64,000 nucleotides of DNA from Zygnema circumcarinatum SAG 698-1b (taxonomy: Eukaryota > Plantae > Zygnematophyceae). Made by a program: the position numbers and the translations under genes. The notes under the pieces were generated by a model. The model made no database searches, was not told where the DNA came from, and worked only from the letters and a program-made list of their open reading frames with translations. Where the stretch lies: NCBI GenBank assembly GCA_037447605.1, contig CM074805.1:4683361-4747360 (forward strand), written 5' to 3'. Numbering within the stretch: position 1 is the stretch's first letter; each line of letters begins with the position of its first letter. Below are positions 24,308 through 38,896 of this stretch, one piece after another.

Positions 24308-26186
24308 GGGGGAAGGAGGGAGGGAGATGGAGGGGGGTGGAGAGGTGTGCGGGGAGAGAGAGGAAATGGAACCGAGAAGTGGGCGAGGGGGTGGAAAAGG
24401 AGGTGAGGGCCTGAGGGGTTCATAGAGAATTGGGGGAGAAGAAGAAGGAGATGAAGGAGAAGAAGACGAAGACGAAGACGAAGAGGAGAGGAGAGGAGAG
24501 GGAAAGAGGGGGAGAGAAATGGAGAGAGGGGGGAGAGTGGAAGAGGAGAGGCAAATGGTCGAGCCTTTTCCATGGAGGGAGGAGGTTTATTATTTTGGAG
24601 AGGGTGCTGCGACGACACGCGGATTTGTTTCTTTTTAACGGGTGGTGTGATTTGTGATTTTTTCTTTCTCAAAAAAATTGGAGAACCATATCACTAGGAG
24701 GAAACAATACTGGAGAATTTGACCGCCTTTTTTTTCTCCAGTTTTTCGATTTCCTATTTGATTTCGAATCTATTTATGGATTGGAATGGACGACTTTCAA
24801 GGGATCCCAGATGGACGTAATTTCATTTCTCCGAGGGCGGGACACAGGGGGAGAGAGAGAGAGAGAGTGAGAAAGAGAGGGGGAGCTTCTCCACCGCCTC
24901 GGGAGGTATAACGAAATTGTTTAGCATTTTATGGAGGAAGTGTAAATTTTTTGGTACGGCTATTTCACTAGCGAGGGGGAACATTTTTACTTTTTTTTTT
25001 ATTTATTTGTGGGGTTTTGCTCATTGCTTACTATCCTTACCATTGATATGTGACATGACGTGGTGTGACCAGGGGTTCAGACCACGCTTGTTGGGCCACT
25101 TGCCGTACGCCGTCAGAAGGAACAAACTTGCACGTAGCAGGAATAGGGTCTATAAATGGGGTCCAAAATAGGGTGTACCAAGTTATAGAGAGGTGTACCT
25201 AGCTGCCCAGCGGGCCCGTGTGCAGGAAAGTGTATATGTCGATTGGGTCTCGCCAATGGGAACGTGTCTAGCTTGTTGCTATGCAGCTGCTGTTCATACA
25301 TTGGATTTTCTTAATGTAAGCAATTTTTGTTTTTTTATTGTTTTCTATGTATTGTTTTGTGTTTTGTTCTTTTATTTTAGTTTTGTGGGGCGGTGAGATT
25401 TGGGTTCTCTGTTGGGGAGCGTGAGAAGGGGGTCTCGTCACCTTGTACTCGTGTTTGAAATGTCTCTTCTGATTCGTGTTTTCATGGTATGCTGTGGTCT
25501 CGGGGTAATTCTCTGGAAATTCCCTCAAATGGAAATTTGAGGGTTCGGTCTGCTTCCTCTAACATGCTACGGTTTTAAATAGGAGGTTTCGGACATGAAA
25601 AAGACTATATGAAGTTTGATTTAAAGGGATACTCTGGATTTCTTTGTTTACTACCTATCTTGTGGAAAAGTATGTACTAATTTCGATTCCGAAAATGCGG
25701 AACTTGGGTGGAACTTTTTCTGGTTTTGAATCCTCATTGTGCTTTCAGCCAGCCACCACCTGTTATTAACACCATCCTGCTCGTCCCCAGCAATCTTACC
25801 TCTTTCTTTTTGGTACCAATCTGCCGTATATAAGTTTTTCCCTATTGCACCGGTTGTCAGAGAAACTATTGGAAAGGATTGGCAGTGATCTCATAGAAAC
25901 GGTTCCCAATGGGAAAACAATTCCTTTGGTTCCCCATGTTGATTCTATCCATGTACATTTGATGGCTTTGCGACCTGTCCCTCGTGGTTCCCCATGCTGC
26001 TTTTGTCCATGTACATTTGATGGCCTCGCCATCGTGAGTTCAATGCCATTTTCTTTATCTCCTTTGTCCATCGTGAGATCAATAGAAGGAGATGTGGCAT
26101 TGATGTCACGATGGCGAGATGAGCTCAATGCTATCTCTCCGCGAAAAACAGAGGGGTAGGTTTTTTTTTTTTTTTTCTTGAAAGGG

Positions 26187-26396
26187 TAGTGTCAAAATAT
26201 CGCCACATTGCCGGCGTATCGGCACTGATCGACAAAATGAGCCGCGTTGGCAAACTCCCGTGTGAAAAAAAGCATTTGGCTCAATAGCACAGCTTCTGCC
26301 GGCCGGCGAGAAACGGCACGATAACTAGCGGCCGGCAGCGCCCAGTCCTGCCGGTCACCTACGATACGTCGGCGATATGCCGATATTTTCATCCTT
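26187..26396. mobile_element. Degenerate Ac/Ds-like (hAT) MITE remnant, ~210 bp
   Basis: Imperfect ~34-bp TIRs: left TAGTGTCAAAATATCGCCACATTGCCGGCGTATC; right end, reverse-complemented, AAGGATGAAAATATCGGCATATCGCCGACGTATC, which resembles the Ac TAGGGATGAAA end. No TSD is recognisable. Confidence 0.55.
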
Positions 26397-27030
26397 TCGC
26401 AAACGACAAAACGTGGACTGTAGCTCCCCTCTCGCTGGACTCAATGACCGATCGACGCGTGGCATAGTCTTGTACTTCTGATTCGTCATGGCATATTTGA
26501 TGACGGCATCGATGTGAGAATCGTGTACGTGAGGTGTTCCCTTTAACGAAATGTTTCGTTTCCCGCACAGCCGTCGATCACGAAATCCAGGTCGACAGTT
26601 CCATGTCACATGGAAACGGTAAAATGTCGTTCCAGCAATGTAAACTGAGAAGGTAGTCGCATAGAACGTACCTCATGGAACCCCGTTAGGGTTTGTAACG
26701 GCAAGCCCGTTTGGAAAAGTCTCTTAAGGCGACCCCCCCGGCCCCCACCTCCTGCAGGAAGTTGGAAGGAAGGCCTGGCTTTACAGGGCAGGCAAGTGGA
26801 GGGAGGAGGGAGGAGGTAGGAGGGAGGGGAAGGAAGAGGAGGGAGAAGGAGGGGAAGGAGGAGGAGGGAGGAGGGGAAGGAGGAGGGGAGGTATAATAAT
26901 AAGCAGTGGGGGGGAGGCAAAGCGGGAGCAAGAGAATAAGGAGGAGGCAGGGGGGGAGGGAGGGGGTCAATTTGACGGAGAGAGAATCCATGCATTGAAA
27001 GCAGAGTCCCTCCCTGCATGAGCGGCAGCC

Positions 27031-30000
27031 ATGGCGACTGCCAATGGCGGTGGCCATGGCGGCCTTACCGGCTTGCCCGCCCTGTTCAACAAGCTCGCCG
27101 TGCGTCCCCATAGTGAAGGGGCTCCCACTTCAGAACTCCCGAATGAAGAAGAAAAGGGGCGCGCCTCCTCCTCTTCTGGCAGCAAGGAAGGGAAGGAGAC
27201 CTCCAGCTCTACGTCTGGCAGCAAGTGGAAGGACCAGCTGACAGCTGTCTCTCACATGCTTTTCTTCGCTAGCACTGGCGACGTAGAGGAGATAATTTCT
27301 CTGCTTGAAGAAGGCGCGGATGTTAACTCTGCAGATTATGACGGGCGCTCAGCTCTCCACCTGGCAGCCAGCGAGGGCCGGCTGCAGGCGGTGGAGCTGC
27401 TGCTGAAGAAGGGCGCGAAGGTTAATGCAAGGGACCGCTGGGCTCACACGGTACGTTTTCTAAAGCTGGCATAAGGGTTGGATATTAGGGTTGGTCGTTG
27501 TTCCCTTTTTTTTTCCTTTTTTTTTTTTTTTGCGTTTTTGGTCGTGCAAGGAGGAGGGGGGGGGGAAGGTAAAGGGGGGCTGTTAACGGGGAAGAGGAAT
27601 GCGGGGGAAACGCAGATTGGAGGCTCTGTAGAGAAGATGTGTGTAAGAGGAGATGCGTGGGCTCTGGCTTTATGAGAATGCAGCTCGAATTGGAAGAGTG
27701 AATTTTTAGGATGAACGCCTACGGGGGTTGGGTTAGGTTCTTCTTTTACTGTGTTTCTTTGGTCAATTTAGAGTCCCGTTTCTCATATGGAGGTGCTCGT
27801 AGCTTATGGGGACTGCATCGCAAAACAGGTCCAAAGGGTTCCTTTGATGGCTGCGAATTTGACTTTTTCCTCAAAACTCGACGTTGTTTTCCACGCACAG
27901 AACAGCATTGAAGCAAGCATTGGCTGACCGATTCTTTAACTTAGGGAGGAAAACGGGTCAATAGGCTTTTTTTAAAACGTATGAAATTACTCCCTTTTAG
28001 AATTCTGGTGCTGAAACCGAGTGAAGCGTACTTTCACCCTTTTTCCATAGAAATTAATCTATCTGAGCATTTCCTTAGGATATATAAGAATGATGATTCC
28101 CTTTCTACTGTTGGAAGGAACACTAGCGAATGGGAGTATATTGCATTCAATTATCCACTGACTCCCTCTTTTCTTTCATATCTTAAAGAGTTGATTTTTT
28201 CGTATCCAGATTATGACAAATTCGATTGAAGTTACTTGAATACCAAATCCATAAGTAAAATAGAGCTCTCTATTTCGTACAACATTTGTACACACAACAA
28301 GCAGAGTTCTTGATCCTGATGTTTGAAGAAGGCAATTGTATTCAATCAATGTCATGTGAGCAAAACTGCACACGTATGCTGAGATAATTTGCAGATGTTT
28401 CAGGTGCAAATAAGGTCCATTGAGATGATTGTGAATGATGCCAAGTTCGATTGTTGGTATGCAGCCTCTAACCGACGCAAGGAAGGGGCTCTCTGACGGA
28501 AAACCTGGAGACTTTTTAAAAATAGTTCGTCTTCTCGAGGCGCATGGAGGGGTGGAGGTATGTCTTTTCCCATGTTTTGTTTGATCGGGAGATGTATGTA
28601 TTCAACGGTGATTGTTCAGAGGCGCTTGCTTTTTCCTTGTTTCTATGCTTAAACGACAAAACTGCTCTAACTATGCTTCTAAGGTCCATTCAAGAGTTTT
28701 CGGGTCTGACTCTGAGAAAAGGATAAAAGGTTGAAAAGGTGGGCTTGCAGGGCCCTGATGCAGATTGGGAGATTGACCCTTCGGAAATCGACTTGTCAAA
28801 AGCGAAGCTGATTGGGAAGGTGTGTTTCGATTGTTTTTAGGCTTTTAGAGAAAGAGAGAAAAGGGTGAGAATATGACAGAAAACCGCTTCTCGGTAGAGG
28901 GAGCCTCAGAAGTTTGGAAGAGCTGGGGATTTTTGTGGAATTTAGGGTTTCGTAGGGTTGTCTATGGGAGGTCATTTTTTTTTTCACAGGTGATTAGTTC
29001 TCAAAAATAAACTGTGGGATGCAAGATGTAATCTTTAGGGTCATAAGCCTATGGGAATTTAGGTTTTAGATTAGAGAGTTACGAGTAGAGGTTTACCGAG
29101 AGGGACTGAAAGGGATTAATTCGTTGTTTTGGAACTGAGGGAATAATATCCTCAGGGTGCTTTTGGAGAGATTTGGAAAGTGACTTGGCGAGGCACTCCT
29201 GTAGCAGTGAAGATGATTCTTCCTCAACTTTCTGGAGATCAGCAAGTAGTGTGAGTAGCGTTTTTTGTTAGTGCGAGTTTTATTCCCCCTTACCCCCTCC
29301 CCCTGCAAAATCGACCCCCTTTTTTTCTTCGGCCTCTTGACTTGTGGTGAAAATTAATATGAGATCAGGGCTTAGGACTCCTCTTACAGGGAGTCCTACT
29401 TGTTGCATGGGTTCAGGAAGGAGTTCCGTGATGAAGTGGCTCTCCTTCCAAAGCTTCGCCATCCAAACATTGTTCAGTTCCTCGGCTCTGTCACTCTCTC
29501 ACAGCCGCTGATGCTTGTCACGGAGTATCTCCCGGGGGTACTTTTCACTTGGCTTTTACTTCACTTCCTTTTCAAACCTTAAGGAACCCGAACCATTGTG
29601 AAACCTTAAGCGCTCAGAAAGCTCCATTACTTTGGAAGTTAACCTACTAGACCTTCCGCATACACGCATTATCTCGCTTAACCCTGAAAGCCCACCACGT
29701 TCCTTTTGGACATTGTTCATGGCTACTTCCAAAACTCCCAGCTCCTCCCTCTCCCATCCTCCTATACATATCTCTCTCTCTCCCGTCCCTCCCTTTCCCC
29801 CTCATATCCCACTGGCACAAGAGCCCCTCTGAATTTTACATGGGATTCGTCATATGAACCTGCAGGGTGACCTTCACCAAGTGATCAAAGAGCACGGGCC
29901 TCTCCCTGCACATGTCGCCGTCGGTTATGCTCTGGATATTGCCAGGTAAACATGTTTCTCATGGTATCCCTTTTGAGAAGATTCATTCGAGCGACTTCAA

Positions 30001-32118
30001 CTTTTGTAGGGGGTCCACTGAATGCCTATAGATAGGCAGCAGCTCTCTCTTGAGAGGTTGGTAAGCATAGTCTGAGGGGAAAGAAATGGGGAGGTGCGGG
30101 GGGTGTTGTCTCTTGTTAAAGGGGGATGAACTATCTGCATAGGCATCGACCCGAGGCAATCATCCATCGCGATCTCAAGCCAAGGTATCCTGAAGCCCTA
30201 CTTTTGACTCAGGTACTGCAGACAAATCAGGTAAAATAGGGCTAAGCAAGTCCAATATAGTGGCTAATTGATGCTACGGTTATGCTGGGCATCATCGTTC
30301 GTGTAAGAACCTTAAAGAGTTGTAGATCATTTGATCCTTCTGCGACGAAACTGTCGGCCTGTCTGGGTGCTGAAAAATGTTATGTTAATTTGGGCCAGAA
30401 ATCTGTTGCGAGACGAGGGTGATCACCTGAAGGTAGCAGACTTTGGATTGAGCAAATTGGTGAAGCTGAACAGCCTACATGACATGTACAAGATGACGGG
30501 AGAGACCGGCAGCTGTAAGAGTGGGGTGCTTTCTTAGTGAAGGGAGGTGGGGTACGTGGAGGGAGAGGGAGTTAAGGTAGGCAGGGAGATGAGGTTGGGA
30601 GGGAACATAGAATGGGAATCCCGTTATTCTCTTCACTTTTTTCTTTTCTCCCGGTTTTATCTCTCCCCCTCCTCTCTCCCCCTTGCTCTCCTGTTTCCCG
30701 CTCTCGTTAGAAAGATATAGTGGGGCATAGAACCCGGGTGATGATGCTATTCGAGAGGGGTTGCCATAGCGGGCACTTGAATGTATGGAGCTGTTGTGGC
30801 TAAGTTCATACTTACGAGTCGTCGGTGAGGAAATTTTTTGTCGGTAGCTGCATAGCAAGTGTGGGAAAGCAAGGAACGAAGTCTAGACGGTCGAAATTCA
30901 AAGCATGCAAAGCAAGTTCGACTGTATGGTAGCTCCATTCAGGTTCACTAGCGTGAGATAAGATTGTTTCCTTACCTCCTGCATTCTGATAGGGAGATTT
31001 GGGTGAAATTACAGATCGATATATGGCCCCGGAAGTTTTCCGCCACGAAGTTTATGATCGTACAGTCGATGTTTTCTCCTTCTCTGTCATCTTCTTTGAG
31101 GTGAGGCTCCACATAGCAACGTATTGCAAAACCCAAGAATTCATTATTTGGAGTCCATTTAGTCTTTCCGAGCTCGTTTGTGCTGCTAGCACAAACACGA
31201 ATAGCACCAAGCTCAAAAATATGTAAACTTTTTTTGAAGGTTAAAGCTAAAAAATGTCTTCATACGCTCAAAGCCTCACGTCACAATCTCGTACATGCCT
31301 TTGTATATTAATTATCAAAGGGGGGTGGGGCTTTGGAAACTTTCCATATGTAGATGTTTGAAGGAATGGCCCCATTCGCAAAAACTCTGAGCGCAGAGCA
31401 AGTGGCCTTCAAAGTGGCCATGGAGGGCACCCGACCTTCTTTCAAAGCAAAAACGTATCCACCTGGCTGCAAAGAGTGAGCATTTTCCTTTGCTCCTTCC
31501 ATTGGAATAGTGGGAGAGGGGGGGAGGAAGGGGGGGGAGTGGGATAGGGGGGCGGAGAAGAGGGAGGAGAGGGCGAGGGGAAGGGGATGGGGAGAGAGGC
31601 ACAGAAAAAAAGGGAGAGGGAGTGGGAAGCGGGGGGGTAGTGGAAAGGGGGGGGATGAGTACAGATAGGGAGAGGTACAGTGAGGAGAGGCCGAGAGAGA
31701 GGGAGAGGGAGGGGGAATGGGTGAAGAGGGGGAGGGGGGACGAGTGGGAAAGTGGGATTGTATGCCATTTAAAAGCAACAGCAATGGCTGCTTTTACGTA
31801 CGGAGTTGTTTGTCGAGCAACCAAGTGAGAAGTAGGATTACGTCGTCCCCTGCTCGATATCCTTTAATTTGTTATTGGAGATTTCAGAGTCTGGTGGGTC
31901 TTTTGGGTTCCAACCTTCTCATGTTCCTTCTCAGATTCCTTGGAATATCCTGCGCTGTGTCCATGTTGATGTTGGAACATTTGTGGAGCAGGCTTATTGC
32001 ACAATGTTGGTCACATGTGCCCAAGACAAGGCCCAGTTTTACGGAAATCATTGAACGGCTGGAACCTATGGAAAGGGCGTTGAAAGAAGCGAGGAGAGAG
32101 GCAGCAGCTCGTCGATGA
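27031..32118 (+). CDS. VIK: Ankyrin-repeat Raf-like protein kinase (VIK / integrin-linked kinase family), 11 exons
   Basis: Exons: 27031-27450, 28465-28557, 28751-28819, 29156-29250, ~29417-29537, ~29867-29945, ~30122-30184, ~30399-30514, ~31015-31100, ~31354-31475, ~31992-32118. Ankyrin: DVNSADYDGRSALHLAASEG. Kinase motifs: DWEIDPSEID, IGKGAFGEI, TPVAVK, KLRHPNIVQFLG, HRDLKPRNLL, KVADFGLSK, MTGETGSYRYMAPE, RPSFTEIIERLE. Confidence 0.93.
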
Positions 32119-32528
32119 GGCTGTCATCATTCGGTATTCGCTTCTATTTTCGACAAAAACATCAGCGGAGGAGATTCCTAGAAGCCCTACGAGTCTCGTA
32201 ACTAGAACATGGGACTGTAGGACGCCCTTAGTCTTTGAAACCCTATCCTTTGGGCCCGCCCTTTTCATAGTACCGTTCACCTTCCTCCCTCCCGCTCCCC
32301 TTCCCCCTCGCCCTCTCCTCCTCCTCCTCCTCCTCCTCCTCCTCCTCCACCTCCTCCTCCTCCTCCTCATCCTGCCCCTCATTAATCATTCGTTGTGCTA
32401 CTCCTCTTCCCGTCCATTACTATTCTTCATTCATTGTGCCACTCCCGCCCTTCCCTCCTTGATTTTCACTCCTGCTGTCATTTACTTTCGGGAGTCGATG
32501 CCTGCCCAGTCCAATGCTCCTTAAAGAT

Positions 32529-33843
<1,315 letters not shown>

Positions 33844-35628
33844 TCCCCCCCCCTCCCCTCCTCTTCTCTTGGACCTTATCCGTAGCCCCTCCTTCCCTCT
33901 GCCGCCCCTGTCACCTCTGAAAGGCAATTGGCGTCTATATTCTCACCCTCTAGAAAGGCCGGTTTGTCTTGAAACCACTCCTGTTGGCACTCCCTTTCCC
34001 TCTCTTTCTGCCGATCATTTCTTTTCTGGCGCCCTGTCCCTTCCTGGCCCCCATTACCTTACTTTTCAGATCCGTTAGGCAGATGTTGACCAATCTTGTG
34101 GGGGGGATAGGTTTGTAAATTTTTCTGATTCTCTCAAATTAGGGTACATGGGCTTTTCATTTGGCCTGTGAAACGATAGTTGGGTCTACTGCAAATTGGG
34201 AGCAGGTGGTTAGTTAGGCCGTATGGAAGGATATTGACGGCGTTCCATGTGTCAAATCAGTAGCTCTGGTTGCCGTTAATGCCACCCCGCTTATTATGGA
34301 GCTATGGATGAAAAATGAGCCAAAGTAATTCCACTTATTGGCTCAGGAATAATGAAATAACTTTCCGTATAGCAAGGATAGAAGAATATTTTCTAGCTCC
34401 AACATGGCTCCGCAATAATTGCTTTCAAAACTAGGTTTTGGGTTTTGATTTCTGGTTTTTAGTGTTCTTCGGTTTCTGTATAGCTGAAGTTATGTTTTGG
34501 GGCTGGAAATTTTGTGGTTTCAGTTTCATTCAATAAGTCTGAAGAGGGTTCGAAAAGTTTGGAGTCGCGCATTTGAATCTTTTTCTTTGTAGTGCACTCA
34601 TTATGTCACGGTTCTGGATCGGAAAATTTCAGACAGGGGATCTGAAGGGTCCACCTCCAATGGATCCACCTCTTTTTGTTAACCCGGATCATCGCAAACT
34701 GTAGAGCAACAAAAGCATGTGAACAAGATCTGGACTCGATCTTTCCATACGTTCAGACTGGATCCTAAAAACGAGTGTGGTTGACCAATTGTGGTAAATA
34801 AAATGAAATCATTTGTTTTTTATATGAAATTCATAATAACAGTACTGTACAGAATTTATCTGTACTTATCAAAATGTCAAAAATGGGAAATTATTTCCCA
34901 TCGATCTCACGATGGCGACATGGAGAAGGGGAACCACGAGGGACGAAACCGGTTTAAAGGACCTAAGAAAGAAAGAAAGCTTTGAGCGGAACTCTGGTGT
35001 GAACCGGTCACAAGTCACAAGTTGTTGTTGACCTATAAGTGAAAATGGAAGGCCATGAGCTCATAAACTCTGCTTTTAGGCCAAACAACAACACATGGCT
35101 CACATGGTGAGATCTGTACAATCTTGGCGCAGACAAGAAGATTCGAGAAATGTACGGACGGATGTTTCTATGGAACATACTATCTATCTATGTTGGAGTC
35201 AAAGTATGAATGCAACCCTTGGGCGAAGTTGTTGATGGCACACATTGTTTAAATCTCACGCTGAGGCACAGGGAGGGACGGAGGGCCGCAGGTGCGAACT
35301 ATTTTTTTTCGATTTTAAACCCAAAATTTTCAGCGAATTAAAATATTACCAAATATGTAATATTAATTTCAAACATGTACGGACACAGTTTCGTCCGTAC
35401 GGACCGCAGAATTGAAAAGCGTCGCCAACGCCATATTGTGACGTCATCATATCACCACCGTGACACATAATGACGTTTCAAATAGTTTTTTTTTTTAATA
35501 ACCCTAAAATGGGGAAAGAGAGGGAAACCTAAAATTTAGCTGTTTGTTTTTTGAGGCAGTTTTTAGGGACACTTATAACCAAAAACTGTAATATGTTTTA
35601 GAATTCGGGCAGGATAAACGTTTTCAGG

Positions 35629-35938
35629 CACGTGTCCTTAGCTGCCCGAATGATTTTTTTCTTGGGATTCTTGTTTTTTCTGAGATTCGGTGACGTGGCT
35701 TGAGCCAAAAATGACAACGACGCTTCGAAAATCTGACACGTGGACACCTTTCTTGACCGACTGACAGCGGCCGATATTTCTCAGCCGGCGCCGATTTGAC
35801 TCAGTTCGAGTCAAAAGATTTCTCTCAAACGTCACGTTTAATCGTGACCGTTCCAGTTAAACACCGACCGTTGGATGTTTACCACGTGCCTCGAGATTCC
35901 TTGAATCTTCCTCGGTCCTGGGAGCGTACCCACGTGTC
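35629..35938. promoter_or_regulatory. G-box/ABRE cluster upstream of BBD
   Basis: CACGTGTC at 35629, GACGTGGC at 35692, GACACGTGG at 35735, CCACGTGC at 35882 and CCACGTGTC at 35930, all 290-600 bp before ATG 36231. Confidence 0.5.
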
Positions 35939-36151
35939 TTTGGACATTTGAGCAAAATATCTTTTCGAAACGGCCAAAAAAAACTCAATTTTTTTTTATT
36001 TGGCTTTTCGTCGTTAAATTCTGTTCCAATCCAAATTTTAACTTCTATTCTGGACTTCCTCTCTTCTGTCGCAGCAGGAGCGTTTGCTCACAAGCGTCGC
36101 CTCCCCTTCACGTCTGCGTCTTTCCCCCTACCCTTCTCTCTCTCTTTCTCC

Positions 36152-36220
<69 letters not shown>

Positions 36221-36230
36221 CCGTCCAGCC

Positions 36231-38707
36231 ATGGCTGCGCGCTCCTTCTCCCTCTTCTCCTGCTACGAGCGCTTGGCCGTTCCAAGAAGCGCGGAGCCCC
36301 TAGGCTTCAGCAATGGCATGGGCAGCGCGCATGGCCAGCCTCTACCGACCGCCGGCCTTCGCCATTCCGCAACATGCGGTCCCTCCGTCTCCTCTTTCCA
36401 TGGCGACTCCCGGAGCTTCTCTGTCCTTCGGGGCGTTTCCTCCGCAGAGTGTCTCTCCAATTGCAGGCCGGCGCGAAGGTCTCCTGCAAAAGTGCAGATG
36501 AGCATAAGCAACAATGGCGCTGGAGAGGTGGATAGTTACTTAGAGGCTCAGGTGACGGATGCAGGTATTGGAATTTCATTGCTGCTCCTCCTTTGCCTGC
36601 TTTCGTGCGAAGTGTTGACAAAGTTTTGCGATTTGCAGCCGTGCTGAATTTGTAATCTATTGCGTTATTGCGTTTTGCGCACCTTCCTGTCGAATGTGCC
36701 CTCTGCCACACATTAGAACAAATTTTTTTTTTTTTAATCTGTGTTTGATGTTGGCTGTTCAGTGCGCATGGTACCGAGCTGCAATCGGCTGTACATGAGC
36801 ATGTTGAACGGGGCGCAAGTGGAGGTTGTGCATGTGAATCCGACCGCTGGCCGGTTGTTGCACCAAAGCAGCACACCAACCATCTTCTTACGAATCGCCG
36901 GCTCCTCTAATCTTATGCTACCAATTGTCGTAGGTATGTGTTGCTGACATGATTCTGTGCTCCATTCAGATTTGGGATTGCTGCTTCAGTTTCTTCTCAG
37001 GATGTGAATCTTGACGGTCACATGTACGGACTTGCTTTCTTGAGGAATGCCGAAATATTTGCCTGCAATCGATTGCTGTTGTTTCATTCATTTGACCATT
37101 GATATTTCGTTAGCATCTGATTGTCTTTGTTGCTCCTGCAGGAGAGCCAGCAATTACGGCACTCATGAAGGCTAAGCATCAGGATGTTCCGGTATGGGCT
37201 TGAAACCACAGTTTCAAACGTTGCAGTGGTGGTTTCCTCCTGTGTGTGTATTGACTATGTTCAGCATACATCTGACTAAAGAGCCTGGTTGAATGCTGAA
37301 GACCTGTTTTCGTATGACCATTGACTTGTATTGGTTGATTTGGTGAATTACAGGGACGCCCGAATCAGTATGAGCTAATGGGAAACCTTGTGGAACTTCT
37401 TGACTATGAGGTCGGTATCTGTTGCCTCTGGCATGATTTGTTTTTTTGTCTTTCCGTGACCAAACGCCTCTTGGAAAGGAGCGGCAGCATACTAATTTTT
37501 GTGGATTGTAGGGTTCTTGGTGCAGCAGTCGACCATCTCAGCTCAATTCTTTAGTTGTGGATGTTTCAGGTTCGCATGGTGAGGGTTACAGACCGTGTGG
37601 TGGATACCTACATTGCACGAATTTATTTCGCGAAGGTGGGCCCTTTCAACATTCATTTGCAGGCATCCATTTTGCTTCATGAGGATATGTAAGAGAGAGT
37701 GGATCTGTTGGAATTGGTGGGCATTTTTGTGGCCGGCAACCTTTCCTCACACTGTTATTGGATTGCAGTTCCATTACGATTGCTGTATTGAATCTCGTGT
37801 ATTTGCCGTGTGCAGCATGGAACCAATGAGCTGATCAGCGTTGATGCTCGGCCATCAGATGCAATAAACCTTGCTGTCCGATGTAAGGTGTGTATAGGGA
37901 ACTTTTGAGGCAATTATTCTGAAGTCCAAGTATTGGTGCAGCTTGAGAAATAGTGAGGATGCTAGGACGATCTTCTGAGGTGGTTTGTGAACTGGTACAG
38001 GTACCAATTTTTGTGCACCGGTCGATTGTGCTCAATGACGCTGTCAGAGTAGCGCATGAGCCCCTCTATCAGCCAGATGGACATATTGACCGTTCTGCTG
38101 TCGCTCAAAAAGATCCTCTGGTGCTGGATAAGTATGTGCTGGCCGAGACCCTCGCATTGGATTTCGTGTGGGTGCAGTGCTTTCTGCATTGCTAACGAGT
38201 GGGTGTCAGTGGAAGAAGCCATTCGTTCTATTTCTGCCTCAGGTTGCCAGGAACGTTTGTTGAATCGTTTTGTGGTTGTTTGCAGGGCTTTGGAAGAGTA
38301 CGATGCTATGGCTGAGGAAATGAGCCTTGTAAAAACCATGATGATTGCCGTAGCAGAAGAACGTTATGCAGATGCTGGTAAGGCCTTGATCTGACAATTC
38401 CTTGTTTTATCAGTTGTTATGGATGGCTGTAATGTGGGGATTGCTATTCTGCAGATTAGCTGTGAGTCATCAATGTGATATCTTCCTCATCTGATAGGGA
38501 ACCACGTTGCAACTCTTTTTGCAATGGGGCATGATCTGTAGTCTAGGGCTTTGTACATTTAAAGTAAACATGCTGTGCTTTCAATTCAGAAATCTCATTT
38601 TTGTTCATACTTGTTTGGCAGCTCGCATACGAGACCAGCTCAACAACTTTCGCAGAATGGGCACTGGCCAGCTCAACAAGGTGTGTCCGGCAAATCCATG
38701 CTTCTGA
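36231..38707 (+). CDS. BBD: Bifunctional nuclease (DUF151 + UVR helix) with an N-terminal transit-peptide-like region
   Basis: Exons: 36231-36564, ~36762-36934, ~37142-37191, ~37354-37410, ~37570-37636, ~37817-37888, ~38001-38130, ~38286-38377, ~38622-38707. Motifs: MLPIVVGE, RPNQYELMGNLVELLDYEVRMVRVTDRVVDTYIARIYF, SVDARPSDAINLAVRCKVPIFV, MIAVAEERYADAARIRDQL. The 3' end is uncertain; there is a possible further exon near 38936. Confidence 0.9.
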
Positions 38708-38841
38708 AAGTAAAAGACCATTTTGTTCTCTACTGGCAGTTGCTGCTGTTGCTCGGTTCAACTTTTCTGCTGTTTTGTCTAGCGTATATGAAGTCATTCT
38801 TACATAGTTTGGTCTGTACTTCAATTTTTCTCTCTCCTCTT

Positions 38842-38896
<55 letters not shown>

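Noticed and set aside
30185-30398. Possible U12 GT-AG intron in the kinase (donor GTATCCTG)
   Set aside because: There is no CCTTRAC branch site within ~10-25 nt of the acceptor, so it is treated as U2-type.
34600-34770. GGATC/GATCC-rich segment suggesting a MITE
   Set aside because: No convincing terminal inverted repeats or TSD.
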